From the IMG/VR virus record IMGVR_UViG_3300021440_000013, positions 124,001 through 188,000 of that record: a stretch of 64,000 bases of DNA; one strand, written 5' to 3'. The translations under genes and the position numbers were made by a program. Positions 10,391-20,279 of this stretch are shown piece after piece. The stretch's first letter is position 1. The number at the start of each line of letters is the position of its first letter. Under the pieces are notes generated by a model. The model did no database searches. It saw nothing but the letters and a program-made list of their open reading frames with translations, and was not told the origin of the DNA.

Positions 10391-11757
10391 TGGGTATCCT
10401 AGCCTACGAAGATCTTGACGATCTTGATGAGTCCGGCGCTGAACCTCTTTCTAGTGACGCGCTTGAAATTGCAACCGAGTCGATCGATTACGCTGTTGAG
10501 CAACTATCAACGCTGTTTGATACGCGTAGCTTTATTCAAAACCGCGACACGATTTCAACCGAAGCATTTAAACTTCTTCGTATCGTCCATGAGTCGATCG
10601 CGAAAGATCAGCGGCTCATGGAGCTTGCGGTTAAAGAAAACGTTGTGTTTGAAAGCATCGACGAGACCCAGTTTAAACGCATCATGGCTGCCGAAGCGGA
10701 CGATGGTAAGAATCTGCTCGAAAGACTGATCGATACCGTCATCAAAGCCTTCGAGTGGCTCTGGGAGAAGATCAGCGGGATCTTTAAATCCCCTCCGGTT
10801 GAAATTGACGACACCCTTGAAGAAAAGATCGGTAAAGCGATCGATGCGGCAGGGGGTCTTAAAGAAGCCATCACCCTGACCGGTAAAGCGGCGCCCGCTG
10901 CATTTTCTTACATCGGCGAGACCGTTACCCTCTCGAATGTTCAAGAGGTGCTCAAGGCCCATAAGGAGCAGATAACCCAGCTTAGGAGTTTTACTGATAA
11001 ACTCCTAAGCTCGATCGATCCTTTTAACAGTGTAGTCGTGAAGCTCACACCAGACAGTGACGTGGCAGAAGTCAAAGCATCGCTTGATCAATTCGCGGCT
11101 GACTTCCCAAATCACTTTAAAGAATACATGAAGCTGCCGTTCACGGTCGAACTTGCCAAAGAATACGGCGTTAAGACTTCGGGTGAGATCGATCTGAATA
11201 AATCCTACGCTTACGGTCCGATCCTCACTAATACCGGACCTGGCATTTTTGCCTATGTCACGCAAAAGGGCAGTAAGGGCACGCCGATCTTTACAGCTTC
11301 TCTTTCTAAAAAGAAGCTGGAGACTTCGGAGAAGTTCAAGATCGAAATGGGTCAAGACGCAAACGCCATCAAGAGCTTTGCTAAAGATCTCGTGGAATAC
11401 TCCAAGAAACTTGGCGAAGAATGGTCCGACGTCTCCAGTAAAGAGAGTCGGATGAAATCGGTGATTAAGGACGCATCGGATGCGCTCACGAAAGTCAAGA
11501 AGACCGTTAGCGCCAAGGACTCTCCGGCCCTCACAGGTCTTTTGAAAGACATGGTTCAGCTTAGCAACGCGGTGGGTAAAGTTCCGGTGGGGCTTTTTGG
11601 TGCACTAAACGCACTTAAAGAATCCCTCTCTATTTTCGACAAACTGGTCCAGTCGACGATGAAAGTGATCTCTTCTAAGGCTAAGCCTGAAGAGGGTGAA
11701 AAACCTACTGAAGAAACCAAACCTGCCGAAGAAAAACCGGCCGAAGCCAAAACGTAA
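10387..11757 (+). CDS. Internal head protein, paralog 2
   Basis: Acidic N-terminus with ALE/ATE/STE/AAE sites. VIKAFEWLWEKISGIF helix matches paralog 1. Confidence 0.7.
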   Translation: MMGILAYEDLDDLDESGAEPLSSDALEIATESIDYAVEQLSTLFDTRSFIQNRDTISTEAFKLLRIVHESIAKDQRLMELAVKENVVFESIDETQFKRIMAAEADDGKNLLERLIDTVIKAFEWLWEKISGIFKSPPVEIDDTLEEKIGKAIDAAGGLKEAITLTGKAAPAAFSYIGETVTLSNVQEVLKAHKEQITQLRSFTDKLLSSIDPFNSVVVKLTPDSDVAEVKASLDQFAADFPNHFKEYMKLPFTVELAKEYGVKTSGEIDLNKSYAYGPILTNTGPGIFAYVTQKGSKGTPIFTASLSKKKLETSEKFKIEMGQDANAIKSFAKDLVEYSKKLGEEWSDVSSKESRMKSVIKDASDALTKVKKTVSAKDSPALTGLLKDMVQLSNAVGKVPVGLFGALNALKESLSIFDKLVQSTMKVISSKAKPEEGEKPTEETKPAEEKPAEAKT

Positions 11758-11769
11758 AGGAGGTGTGTT

Positions 11770-12405
11770 GTGGCGCTGATTACCGGGATACGAAAGAGTT
11801 GGTTTAATGGTCGTGACCCTATCGTGCATCGAACAGGCGTGGTTGTTTATACGTCAGATCAGCTCCACGATCTCGACCCTCGGCACATCTTGAGATCGAT
11901 TCAATATTTCTCTCCCTACGAACTGCCTGAAGAGACACATTATCGCTTAGTGCCGTTGATAGGGTTTGTGGATAAAGAAAAGAACCGGTTGATGCGCTTT
12001 TACCTAAAGGACGATCAGCGCTGGACGATCTTTCACCAAGTCGATGAGATGGTTCTTGATCAACTTCCGACTAACGAAGCTGAGAACCGGATTTGTCTCA
12101 CACAACAAATCCGGGCAAGCGTGGTTGAACGCTTTGGTGATTTGGATAAGGTGTTTAATCCACACGCCATGGCGCTGGCTTTATCGCTCAACCGCATCCA
12201 GTGCATGCTCGTTAACGAAGAGTATCCTGATACCGTCTTTTTGCCGTCATGGTTAATGGTGGATCGTAACTACGTCCTACCGGAACCCCCGGTTGAGCGT
12301 GTCGAGTGGCTTCAGCCTTTCGATGTTCAAAAAGAGATCATCATGGATCATCTTTCTTTTCATCCCCTGACCATCACCCATCTTTGCACTGAGTCAAAAA
12401 CTTAA
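11770..12405 (+). CDS. Hypothetical phage protein
   Basis: SD AGGAGG, GTG start, 211 aa. Confidence 0.65.
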   Translation: MALITGIRKSWFNGRDPIVHRTGVVVYTSDQLHDLDPRHILRSIQYFSPYELPEETHYRLVPLIGFVDKEKNRLMRFYLKDDQRWTIFHQVDEMVLDQLPTNEAENRICLTQQIRASVVERFGDLDKVFNPHAMALALSLNRIQCMLVNEEYPDTVFLPSWLMVDRNYVLPEPPVERVEWLQPFDVQKEIIMDHLSFHPLTITHLCTESKT

Positions 12406-12410
12406 AAATC

Positions 12411-12450
12411 AGGCAGAGAAGGCTTCACGGCCTTCTCTGTCTTTTTTATT
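12411..12450 (+). terminator. Rho-independent terminator
   Basis: AGGCAGAGAAGGC...GCCTTCTCTGTCT followed by T-tract. Confidence 0.8.
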
Positions 12451-12506
12451 TTGAAATCGAATGGATAGTTTAAGAATTCAAACAGGCTTTTTGAGGAGTT
12501 TATATC

Positions 12507-12953
12507 ATGCTAGGTTACGAAAGCGAACGCGAGTTCTTAAAAGGACTCGCTGTCTCCCATTTCAATGCTCAATATGCACGAAAGGTCGATAAGACCAAGT
12601 GCGCTATCCGCTCAATCCCGCCGACCTATAGCACCACCCACGGCTACGAGATCGAGACGGTTAAACAGACCGACTATGTGCGGATTCGGATGTATTTTAA
12701 CCTGTCTGGTTATACGCACTTTAACAAGATCCGTATCGAAGTTGATAACACCCACGTCGAAAGCGCACTGGGGGACGAAGTCTATGTCATGCTGGGTGAG
12801 GTAGATCCCGTTTGGGTAGAGGACGGGATTTATAAGTTTCGCTGGCTTCCAGAGGACACGTCGGTTTACGAATACTTGAGTTTCGTTGAAGATAACTCTG
12901 TGATCCAGTTTATGGAGGGAGATTATCTTCGCCTTATGGAGCAGGCCGGTTAA
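12507..12953 (+). CDS. Hypothetical (probable virion/tail) protein
   Basis: SD GAGGAG; first gene of the fibre cluster. Confidence 0.65.
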   Translation: MLGYESEREFLKGLAVSHFNAQYARKVDKTKCAIRSIPPTYSTTHGYEIETVKQTDYVRIRMYFNLSGYTHFNKIRIEVDNTHVESALGDEVYVMLGEVDPVWVEDGIYKFRWLPEDTSVYEYLSFVEDNSVIQFMEGDYLRLMEQAG

Positions 12954-12956
12954 GCT

Positions 12957-13493
12957 ATGTCTAAGCTTATTCCGTATATCTCTACGGCTGCCATCGCCTC
13001 TGGTGATCTTCTAGCCTGGTCACGCGACCCGTATTCTACAATGGGTGATCTTACGCTTGCGGCAATACGGTTCTTTACATCGAGTCCCTATGGACACGTC
13101 GGGATCGCTTGGCGCTGTCACGACGGAATCGATGATGAACTTTTTGTCATTGAGGCAACCATGCCAAAGATTCGCATGGCTAGAGTAACGACCGACCGCC
13201 CCTTCTACTGCCTTCCAATGGGGATCAATTGGACTGAGCGAAACAAAGCATTCCTGCTCAGTAAGCTTGACTACCCCTACGGTACGCTTGATGCGTTTAG
13301 AGCGGGTCTTGGGATCCGTGTTAACCACGATATGAAATGGCAGTGCGCAGAGCTTGCTCATGGGTTTTTTGAAGCCAGCGGAATCCTTCTTAAGCCGCAA
13401 TACACACCCGGTAAGTTGGTTGAGAATGCGTGTGGGTATGCTGGCAACGTCATGCATAAAGTCATTGGTCCTGGCCGAACTCTTGAGTGGTAA
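12957..13493 (+). CDS. Permuted papain-like NlpC/P60 protein (YiiX/YaeF, C92-like)
   Basis: Motif order GDLL, YGHVGI, VIEA, QCAEL (His before Cys indicates circular permutation). Confidence 0.8.
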   Translation: MSKLIPYISTAAIASGDLLAWSRDPYSTMGDLTLAAIRFFTSSPYGHVGIAWRCHDGIDDELFVIEATMPKIRMARVTTDRPFYCLPMGINWTERNKAFLLSKLDYPYGTLDAFRAGLGIRVNHDMKWQCAELAHGFFEASGILLKPQYTPGKLVENACGYAGNVMHKVIGPGRTLEW

Positions 13494-13750
13494 TTAAAGT
13501 ATAGATGTAGTGGAAGATCGACCAAAAATCGAAACTAGGCATTCTATCGAAAGTTAGACACGTGTAAGTTCACCCTATGGCAATAAGCCGCTTTACTTAC
13601 ATCGCATTGTTTAAACTAACGAGGATTGACCTACATGGTTGTAAGGTGGAGCCGTGTTCATAAAGTCCATCTAAAGATTCTTTTAATTAGGTGGTTGGGA
13701 AGCTCTTTTTTAGCCGCCTGTCGCTGTTTTCTCTCTCAAAGGAAGAACTC

Positions 13751-15034
13751 ATGAGTCTGCATATCGTTCGTGTATCCGCTCTGCCGGATCCCCTGGTTGC
13801 CAACACCATCTACCTGCTGGCCGTCTCTGCCACTGAAGTCCAGGTCGTTACCGTTGGTAACAACATCAACAACCCGCGCAAGACCCAGCTCTCGAGCGAA
13901 GTCGCGACCCTGATCAACAACTCGGCGGCCAGCCTGACCGCTGATTACGACGCCAAGATCGCTGCCGCCGTTACCGCTGCCGGTGGTGACGTTGACGGCG
14001 CTTTGGCCGAAGCCAAGGCTTACACCGATACGGGTCTGGCTGCTGAAGTGGCCCGTGTCGATGCGAAGATCGCCGCTGACGACGCCGCTGGTCTGGCTGC
14101 TGCTAAGGCCTACACCGACGCCGAACTCACCGACGAAGTCACTCGCGTCGATGCCAAGATCGGTGCTGATGTGGCCGCTGAAGCTGCTCGCGCTGATGCT
14201 GCCCTGGCTGCTGGCGACTCCGCCACCCTGGACGCTGCCAAGCTCTACACCGACAACGAAGTGGGCGATGAAGCCACTCGCGTTGATGCCAAGATTGCTG
14301 CTGATGTGGCTAGCGAAGCTGCGCGTGCTGATGCTGCCCTGGCTGCTGGCGACTCCGCTACCCTGGCGGCTGCCAAGGTGTATGCTGATGGCCTGAGTAC
14401 CTCCGAAGTGGCCCGCGTGGATGCCGCTATCGCTGCTGGCGATGCTGCTACCCTGGCGGCTGGTAAGGCCTACACCGACTCCAGCGTTGCTGCTGAAGTC
14501 ACCCGTGTGGACGCCAAAATCGCTGCTGACATCGCTACTTCCGATGCCGCTGGTCAAACCGCGCTGAACAACGCCATCGCTGGTGAAGTGACTCGCGTCG
14601 ACACCAAGATCGCTAACGACGTTGCTGCCAACTCGGCGGCTGACCGTGCCTACACCGACGCTGCTGTTGCCGGTGAAGTGACCCGTGTCGATGCCAAAAT
14701 TGCTGCCGACATCTCTGGCGCAATCGGTAACCTGGACCTCTCCAACAGCGCCCAACTGGCTGCCAACATCGCTGAACGCGATGCCCTGGTCCTGACCAAG
14801 AACAGCTTCGTGCTGGTTTCTGACGCCACGGGCGACGCCACCGTTACCGCCGGCGCTGCGCTGTACTTCTACAACACGGGCGACAGCTCCTTCCTGAAGA
14901 TCGCTGAATACGAGTCCCTGGACATCGTGATTCCGAACAAGGCGATCCTGGAACAGTTCTCCGACGTCGGCGGCCAGCTCGCCTACAAGGGCGCACTGGT
15001 GGGCACCGTCCAAGAAGGCACCCACACCTGGTAA
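13751..15034 (+). CDS. Ala/Asp-rich repetitive coiled-coil fibre protein
   Basis: Many EVxRVDAKIAAD and AKAYTD repeats; globular N- and C-termini; strongly C-ending codon bias; SD AAGGA then ATG 13751. Confidence 0.75.
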   Translation: MSLHIVRVSALPDPLVANTIYLLAVSATEVQVVTVGNNINNPRKTQLSSEVATLINNSAASLTADYDAKIAAAVTAAGGDVDGALAEAKAYTDTGLAAEVARVDAKIAADDAAGLAAAKAYTDAELTDEVTRVDAKIGADVAAEAARADAALAAGDSATLDAAKLYTDNEVGDEATRVDAKIAADVASEAARADAALAAGDSATLAAAKVYADGLSTSEVARVDAAIAAGDAATLAAGKAYTDSSVAAEVTRVDAKIAADIATSDAAGQTALNNAIAGEVTRVDTKIANDVAANSAADRAYTDAAVAGEVTRVDAKIAADISGAIGNLDLSNSAQLAANIAERDALVLTKNSFVLVSDATGDATVTAGAALYFYNTGDSSFLKIAEYESLDIVIPNKAILEQFSDVGGQLAYKGALVGTVQEGTHTW

Positions 15035-15082
15035 GCTTGACTCAGCCGGGTTGATCTTGACCTAGCTGTTTGGCTAAGTGTT

Positions 15083-15112
15083 TAAGGGAGGAGGCTTCGG
15101 CCTCCTCCCTTA
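15083..15112. terminator. Hairpin with cUUCGg tetraloop
   Basis: TAAGGGAGGAGGC-ttcg-GCCTCCTCCCTTA. Confidence 0.7.
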
Positions 15113-15197
15113 TTAGTGTTAGTCATAAAACCAAACAGCAAATCGTCTGACTAGAGGTACATGTACATCTTCCCTAACAACCAATACTTTTTATAGG

Positions 15198-15956
15198 TTG
15201 ATCATGCCTAACTTACTGACCCGAACCCCGCTCGCTGCGCCGCAAGAACTCGCTGAACTCTATGTCGTTTGGGATCGTAAAGATTACCGAATGACGCTTG
15301 CCACACTTCTTTCTTTGGTGACTAAAGAGAAGCTGGGTCTGGGGAATGTTGAGAACACAGCTGATGCTGACAAGGCTATTAGCACTGCAACGCAGGTCGA
15401 ACTGGCTAAAAAAGCAGATGCCATCAGCGTCCCGACCAAAGAAGCATTTGACGCCTTGGCGGGTCAGCTTCAAGACTTTGTGTCGATCGATACGCTTAAC
15501 ACCGCTGTCGATGCGATCGTTAATCGTCTAAACGACTACACCACCAAGGTAGAGACAAACCAGGCCGTCTCAGCAGCACTCTCTCCAATCACGCTTGCGC
15601 TCTCGAACATCCAAAGCTCGATCCAAGCTCAGGAACAAGCGATTCAGAGCCTTCAAACTGCACAAGCGAATAACATCACGCTCACGCAGCTTAATGAAGG
15701 CCTGAGTCATCAAGCCGATGCGTTTAATCAGGGTTTGAACACCCTGGCTCAAGCAACCAGTGCGCAGATTACCGCCATCGGAAACCAGCTCACTGCATTC
15801 CAAACGGTCTTGACGAGCTTTGAGCTTCTTCTGAACGATAAAGCCGACCGGGTGCATCGTCATGCCATCGACGATATCGATGGCTTACGCCAGTATATCG
15901 AAGAGATCGCACTTATGGTTGAGCCGGAAGTTACCGCTAACGGCCATGAGTGGTAA
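15198..15956 (+). CDS. Fibre-like coiled-coil protein
   Basis: LGLGNVENTADADKAISTATQ fibre motif; long coiled coil; HRH motif; ends GHEW. Confidence 0.65.
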   Translation: MIMPNLLTRTPLAAPQELAELYVVWDRKDYRMTLATLLSLVTKEKLGLGNVENTADADKAISTATQVELAKKADAISVPTKEAFDALAGQLQDFVSIDTLNTAVDAIVNRLNDYTTKVETNQAVSAALSPITLALSNIQSSIQAQEQAIQSLQTAQANNITLTQLNEGLSHQADAFNQGLNTLAQATSAQITAIGNQLTAFQTVLTSFELLLNDKADRVHRHAIDDIDGLRQYIEEIALMVEPEVTANGHEW

Positions 15957-15983
15957 GTGCGTACTTAATCTAAGGAGATAGAG

Positions 15984-16559
15984 ATGTCCGAGATTAAGCG
16001 CGTCACTACCCTACCCACTACACTGGGTATGGGCGATATATTGATCCTAAAGGAAAATGAGACCGTCTCCCTGGCTGTGGTGGATCAGAGTGCCACCAAG
16101 GCGTATCGTCTAGGCGAGCGGGTGTGTCTGAGTGGTCCTTCGTCGATCTTTCATAAACAGGAAGGGCTGTGGCTTATTCAGGGCTACACGGACCGGGAGA
16201 CCTACCAGTGTGCATCAAACGATGGCACAGTGTGGCAGGAGGGTGCGTATATCCACTTTGTGGTGAGTAACACGGCGCTATCGACCGCGTCTTTCACGGT
16301 CAATGAGCGCGTCTTTACGATCGCGCTCATGCCGGTTAGTGTTTCCCCACCCGTTATCGATGCCCCCACGGCCAACGCCATTAACGTAGCGGTGAGTGGG
16401 GCGCGAGTGATCGCCTCGGCCTTTACGCTAAACGACACTACGAGCGTGGATAGTCACGCCTCAACCGACTGGGAAGTGGCCACCGACAGTAACTTCACAA
16501 CGATCGTGGCTTCGAGCTATGCTGACAAGGACAACCTTGTTGCATGGACGATCCCTTAA
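15984..16559 (+). CDS. Fibre-associated protein with partial FN3/Ig-like module
   Basis: SD AAGGAG; HASTDWEVATDSNF module shared with the genes at 16579 and 18362. Confidence 0.65.
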   Translation: MSEIKRVTTLPTTLGMGDILILKENETVSLAVVDQSATKAYRLGERVCLSGPSSIFHKQEGLWLIQGYTDRETYQCASNDGTVWQEGAYIHFVVSNTALSTASFTVNERVFTIALMPVSVSPPVIDAPTANAINVAVSGARVIASAFTLNDTTSVDSHASTDWEVATDSNFTTIVASSYADKDNLVAWTIP

Positions 16560-16578
16560 CGTTTAAGGAGATAACGCC

Positions 16579-17163
16579 ATGGGCGCTGTACTCACAGCAG
16601 AGATTTTAACGAATGGTCAGTTAAAACTGACCACCACTAACCTCTTAGGCCAGACCGTTCAGTTGTCCTTAGGTGAAAAGATTAAGAGCGAAAACGCACT
16701 TAACTGGGAAGTGGTGGTGGGGCTTAATGCGATATTCAAGGTCACGAATCATCACTTTACCGATCTTTACACGGTCAGTACGACAAACGGTACGGTGAGT
16801 GTCACTGACGGGGTGATCACCTACATCCCGTCAACCATCGGTCAAGGCGGCTTTATCATTAACGGCCAGAAAGTTAATGTGACGGTCGTTCAGGATAAGG
16901 TTGGAAAACCCAACGTTATCTTGCCTAAGAACCAGAGCACGGGAGTGAGTCGTTACGTTGAGGCGGCTTCGAGTGATTTTAAGGTCCAGAACACCACGAT
17001 CACACACGCGTATTCACGTTGGCAGGTGGCCAGTGACGCAAGCTTCATACAGATCATTTATGACGGAGCCGATGTGTCTAACCTTACTCGACTTAAGCTG
17101 CCCAAGCTTAAAAATGGTCAAAAGTATTACGTACGTATTCAGCACTTTGGGAAAAAACCATAA
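16579..17163 (+). CDS. Fibre-associated protein with FN3/Ig-like module
   Basis: SD AAGGAG; HAYSRWQVASDASF...LKNGQKYYVRIQH. Confidence 0.65.
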   Translation: MGAVLTAEILTNGQLKLTTTNLLGQTVQLSLGEKIKSENALNWEVVVGLNAIFKVTNHHFTDLYTVSTTNGTVSVTDGVITYIPSTIGQGGFIINGQKVNVTVVQDKVGKPNVILPKNQSTGVSRYVEAASSDFKVQNTTITHAYSRWQVASDASFIQIIYDGADVSNLTRLKLPKLKNGQKYYVRIQHFGKKP

Positions 17164-17170
17164 GCGCTTG

Positions 17171-17205
17171 ACAAGGAGATGGGTGTTAAGCCCATCTCCT
17201 TGTTT
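17171..17205 (+). terminator. Hairpin terminator
   Basis: ACAAGGAGATGGG...CCCATCTCCTTGT-TT. Confidence 0.65.
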
Positions 17206-17254
17206 GGTGTGAATAGAAATCTCATGGACTACATTCTTTTAAGGAGAATCAACG

Positions 17255-18349
17255 ATGACTACGCTTCATCGCTATGCGCTTGATCCATCGGGGATGAACC
17301 CGAACAACTTTATCTCAGGTGAAGTACATCTGCTCTCGGCGCGCGCCATCCGGGTCGCTGTTCCAAAGTACGCCCCTTTCTTTTCTGACTCCGTTGTCGT
17401 CTATGACGGTGTCTCGATGCGTCGGCTCGATCGAAATGTCGATTACCGTATCCCGACGATTAGCCAAGAGCTTACTTTGCGCTATGGTCAAGAGATCGCT
17501 GAAAGCATCTTGATCGAAAATCAAGATATCTCAAATAGTGTCCGGATAAGCTACCAAGCACTGGGTGGAGACCATCAGAACAACATCGATAACATCGTTC
17601 AAATCTACGAAGCCTGGGTTAACGATAATCGTTCGGTCGACTGGAACAGTGGTGTTTTTGGTAAACCTAATACGTTTCCACCAGGACCCCACCCACACTA
17701 CCTAGCCGATGTCTTTGGGTTTGAACCGATCACCTTTGAGCTTGAACGGATTGCCCAGGCCATCGGTATGGCTAACGCCCAAGGCTATGAACTTCTCTAC
17801 CAAGGCTTAAAGAACCACACGGTCACTGAGGACGATGTCGCTAACGGCATCGTCAGTGATAAATATGTGAGCTTTGAGCGCCTACTTCAAGCGCTTCAAT
17901 GCTATAATTTCAATTCGATAAAACTCACACCTGAGCGTCAAACCATTTTTAATGGAAAGAGTTTTTGGGTAAAGGTCGAAGCCAGCAATGCGCCTCTCAG
18001 TGAGATCTACCACTGGAGTGTTGAACACATCGGCACAGAGAGTGCGGACTTTGTTGTTGGAAGTGGGATTGTGACGCTCACAAACGGCGTGGGTGAGTTT
18101 ATGGTGCAGGCGGCAAGCACCAGTCAGTCCGAAAAAGACGAGCTCTTTAGGCTCGTCTTAAAGCGCCGTAATCAAGACGGCGTGATCCTGATGAGAAGTT
18201 TCCCGCTAACGCTGGTTCAACATCGCAGCGCGCGACGAAACCGCATCATCGAGGGCCTGATTTATCCTAACACACGCTCGCCCCGTACGCGACAAAGCGC
18301 GCGCGTACTCGCCGCCAACCGCGGTTTGTGGCACCATACATTCAGCTAA
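17255..18349 (+). CDS. Virion structural (tail/baseplate-associated) protein
   Basis: N-terminal YALDPSGMNPNNFISGEVH...APFF...ISYQALGG domain recurrent in phiKZ-like tail proteins. Confidence 0.65.
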   Translation: MTTLHRYALDPSGMNPNNFISGEVHLLSARAIRVAVPKYAPFFSDSVVVYDGVSMRRLDRNVDYRIPTISQELTLRYGQEIAESILIENQDISNSVRISYQALGGDHQNNIDNIVQIYEAWVNDNRSVDWNSGVFGKPNTFPPGPHPHYLADVFGFEPITFELERIAQAIGMANAQGYELLYQGLKNHTVTEDDVANGIVSDKYVSFERLLQALQCYNFNSIKLTPERQTIFNGKSFWVKVEASNAPLSEIYHWSVEHIGTESADFVVGSGIVTLTNGVGEFMVQAASTSQSEKDELFRLVLKRRNQDGVILMRSFPLTLVQHRSARRNRIIEGLIYPNTRSPRTRQSARVLAANRGLWHHTFS

Positions 18350-18361
18350 GAGAGGTGTATC

Positions 18362-20272
18362 TTGACGCGTAGAAATAGTCTTATTAGCGATGGCCAAAGC
18401 ATCGTTGGGGGTGCACGCATCACCCAAGGTGGCACCGGCGCAAGTTCTTCTCAGGTGGCATTGAGTAACCTAGGAGGTGTGTCGGTCGATCTAATCGATC
18501 ACGCACTTGGACCCATTCCACTTGATGAACACGGATTACCTTCGCCCTCGATTTTTACAGGGATCTCAGTGATTGACACCGCCATTGACGGCGAGCGTTT
18601 TATCGGGATTCGTGAAACCAAAGAGTATTTCATTACGACTTTTGATGCGTTTTTAAAGTACGTCGTGGAAGCTATCGATGGTGAAGTCGAAATAGAGGGT
18701 CATGTCATCCGCTACACGGCACCCTATCGCACCGGAAGCTCAGGTTTCACAGTCAATGGGCGTCTAATCTCCATCGCTGTAACTGGCGTAACGGTCGGAG
18801 AGCCCAGCATCACTTCGCCGACTGAGAATGCCGATAACCGTCCTTTGAGCCTCAGTGTTTTGTCGAGTCCGTTTTCCTTTAAGGGAGAAACGGACTCTCA
18901 TAAATCAACCGACTGGGAAGTCTCACTTGACAGAGGTTTTGGAACACTCTCTGCCTCAAGTTACAACGACACGTTCCACTTAACGTTCTGGGAAATCATG
19001 GCTCTTAAAGAACTTACTACGCACTATGTGCGCTGTCGCTATCGCAGCCAGAGCGGCTCGGTGAGCGCGTGGTCAAACCCCAGGTCTTTTAAGACCGGGA
19101 ACGACGGTTTGATTAACAATGAAAACCAAGTGATCCCTAACCCAACGGGGCTGCCTAATCAGTTCTTTGGCTGGCATGCTGTCTATGATGGTACGGGTAA
19201 TACACTCTACATCACCAGCGACCGTAAACCACGAAACGGGCTTCAAAATGTAGGAGCGGTTTTTGTTTATAAGCGTGACTCGGCAGGTCTGTGGGCGTAT
19301 TTGACGGAGATCAACATCCCTTCTGCCGATTTAGCCGCTAACGCTTATTTTGGAAACTCGATCTCAGTGAGTGCCGATGGGGCTCATTTGGTTGTGGGCA
19401 CTTACTATGCTAGTGGTGCGGATGGGCGTGTGTACTATTTCACGCGCAGTGGCGACGTATGGACCCACCAGCAAACACTTTATCCTCCAGTTAGAAACAC
19501 TGACGAATATTTTAGTTATTACAAAATAACTCTAAGTTCGGATGGAAACGAACTTATCGTGGGTTCCATTTACTATGAAGATTCTGCGGTAGTCAATACC
19601 GGCTGTATCTATCAATATCTGAGAAGTGGGGCGACATGGGCGCTAAACGCCCAGATTAAAAACAACCACCCCAAGATGGAAAATAACGATAACCTTGGGC
19701 ACTATCAGGCTATGTCGACCGACCGCCAACATCTTTTGGTGGCGGCTATTTGTGGCAACTACAGCGGACAGACAAAAAGCGGGTATGTCAACTACTACAC
19801 TAAGAGCGGCAATAACTGGGTCTATCAAAGCAGGATTGAACGGAGTGACCTTCCATTAGCGGCGATGTTTGGACACACGTTATCGATGAGTGCCGATGGC
19901 ACTCGCGCGGTTATCTTTGCACCCTTAGTAAAAAAAGCGTATATTTATTTGCGCTCCGGTGTAACCTGGACGCTTGAAAAAGAACTGGTAGACACCAACA
20001 CTAAGGCCTTCATCTCGGGGCGTGTTAATATTTCTAGTGACGGATTGACGGCATATTTTTCGACGGCGTATTCGGATTACCCCGGTGTACTCTACATCTA
20101 CAGTAGAAGTTCTGGTTCGTGGGTGCTTACCAAGACTCTCACCCCAGTTAATTCTTTTAACGGCGATCTTTTTGGCCGAAGCACCATTGCCATTCATCCA
20201 TCTCTTCAGGAGATTGCGGTAGCCTCGCTTGGGGGAAGTGGAAACATCGGCTCCGTTTCAATCTTCTCTTAA
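18362..20272 (+). CDS. Putative receptor-binding protein: FN3 module plus FG-GAP-like beta-propeller
   Basis: About 6 repeats of FG-x-S-x-S-x-DG...G-x-VY-x-Y-x-RSG-x-x-W; HKSTDWEVSLD FN3-like module; TTG start after GAGAGG. Confidence 0.75.
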   Translation: MTRRNSLISDGQSIVGGARITQGGTGASSSQVALSNLGGVSVDLIDHALGPIPLDEHGLPSPSIFTGISVIDTAIDGERFIGIRETKEYFITTFDAFLKYVVEAIDGEVEIEGHVIRYTAPYRTGSSGFTVNGRLISIAVTGVTVGEPSITSPTENADNRPLSLSVLSSPFSFKGETDSHKSTDWEVSLDRGFGTLSASSYNDTFHLTFWEIMALKELTTHYVRCRYRSQSGSVSAWSNPRSFKTGNDGLINNENQVIPNPTGLPNQFFGWHAVYDGTGNTLYITSDRKPRNGLQNVGAVFVYKRDSAGLWAYLTEINIPSADLAANAYFGNSISVSADGAHLVVGTYYASGADGRVYYFTRSGDVWTHQQTLYPPVRNTDEYFSYYKITLSSDGNELIVGSIYYEDSAVVNTGCIYQYLRSGATWALNAQIKNNHPKMENNDNLGHYQAMSTDRQHLLVAAICGNYSGQTKSGYVNYYTKSGNNWVYQSRIERSDLPLAAMFGHTLSMSADGTRAVIFAPLVKKAYIYLRSGVTWTLEKELVDTNTKAFISGRVNISSDGLTAYFSTAYSDYPGVLYIYSRSSGSWVLTKTLTPVNSFNGDLFGRSTIAIHPSLQEIAVASLGGSGNIGSVSIFS

Positions 20273-20279
20273 AAAACAC

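Noticed and set aside
13494-13750. tRNA or known riboswitch in the long intergenic region
   Set aside because: No cloverleaf, T-loop or recognisable aptamer consensus; only one clear hairpin.
13736-15025. 429-aa antisense ORF
   Set aside because: Shadow of the strongly codon-biased + strand fibre gene; no recognisable motifs.
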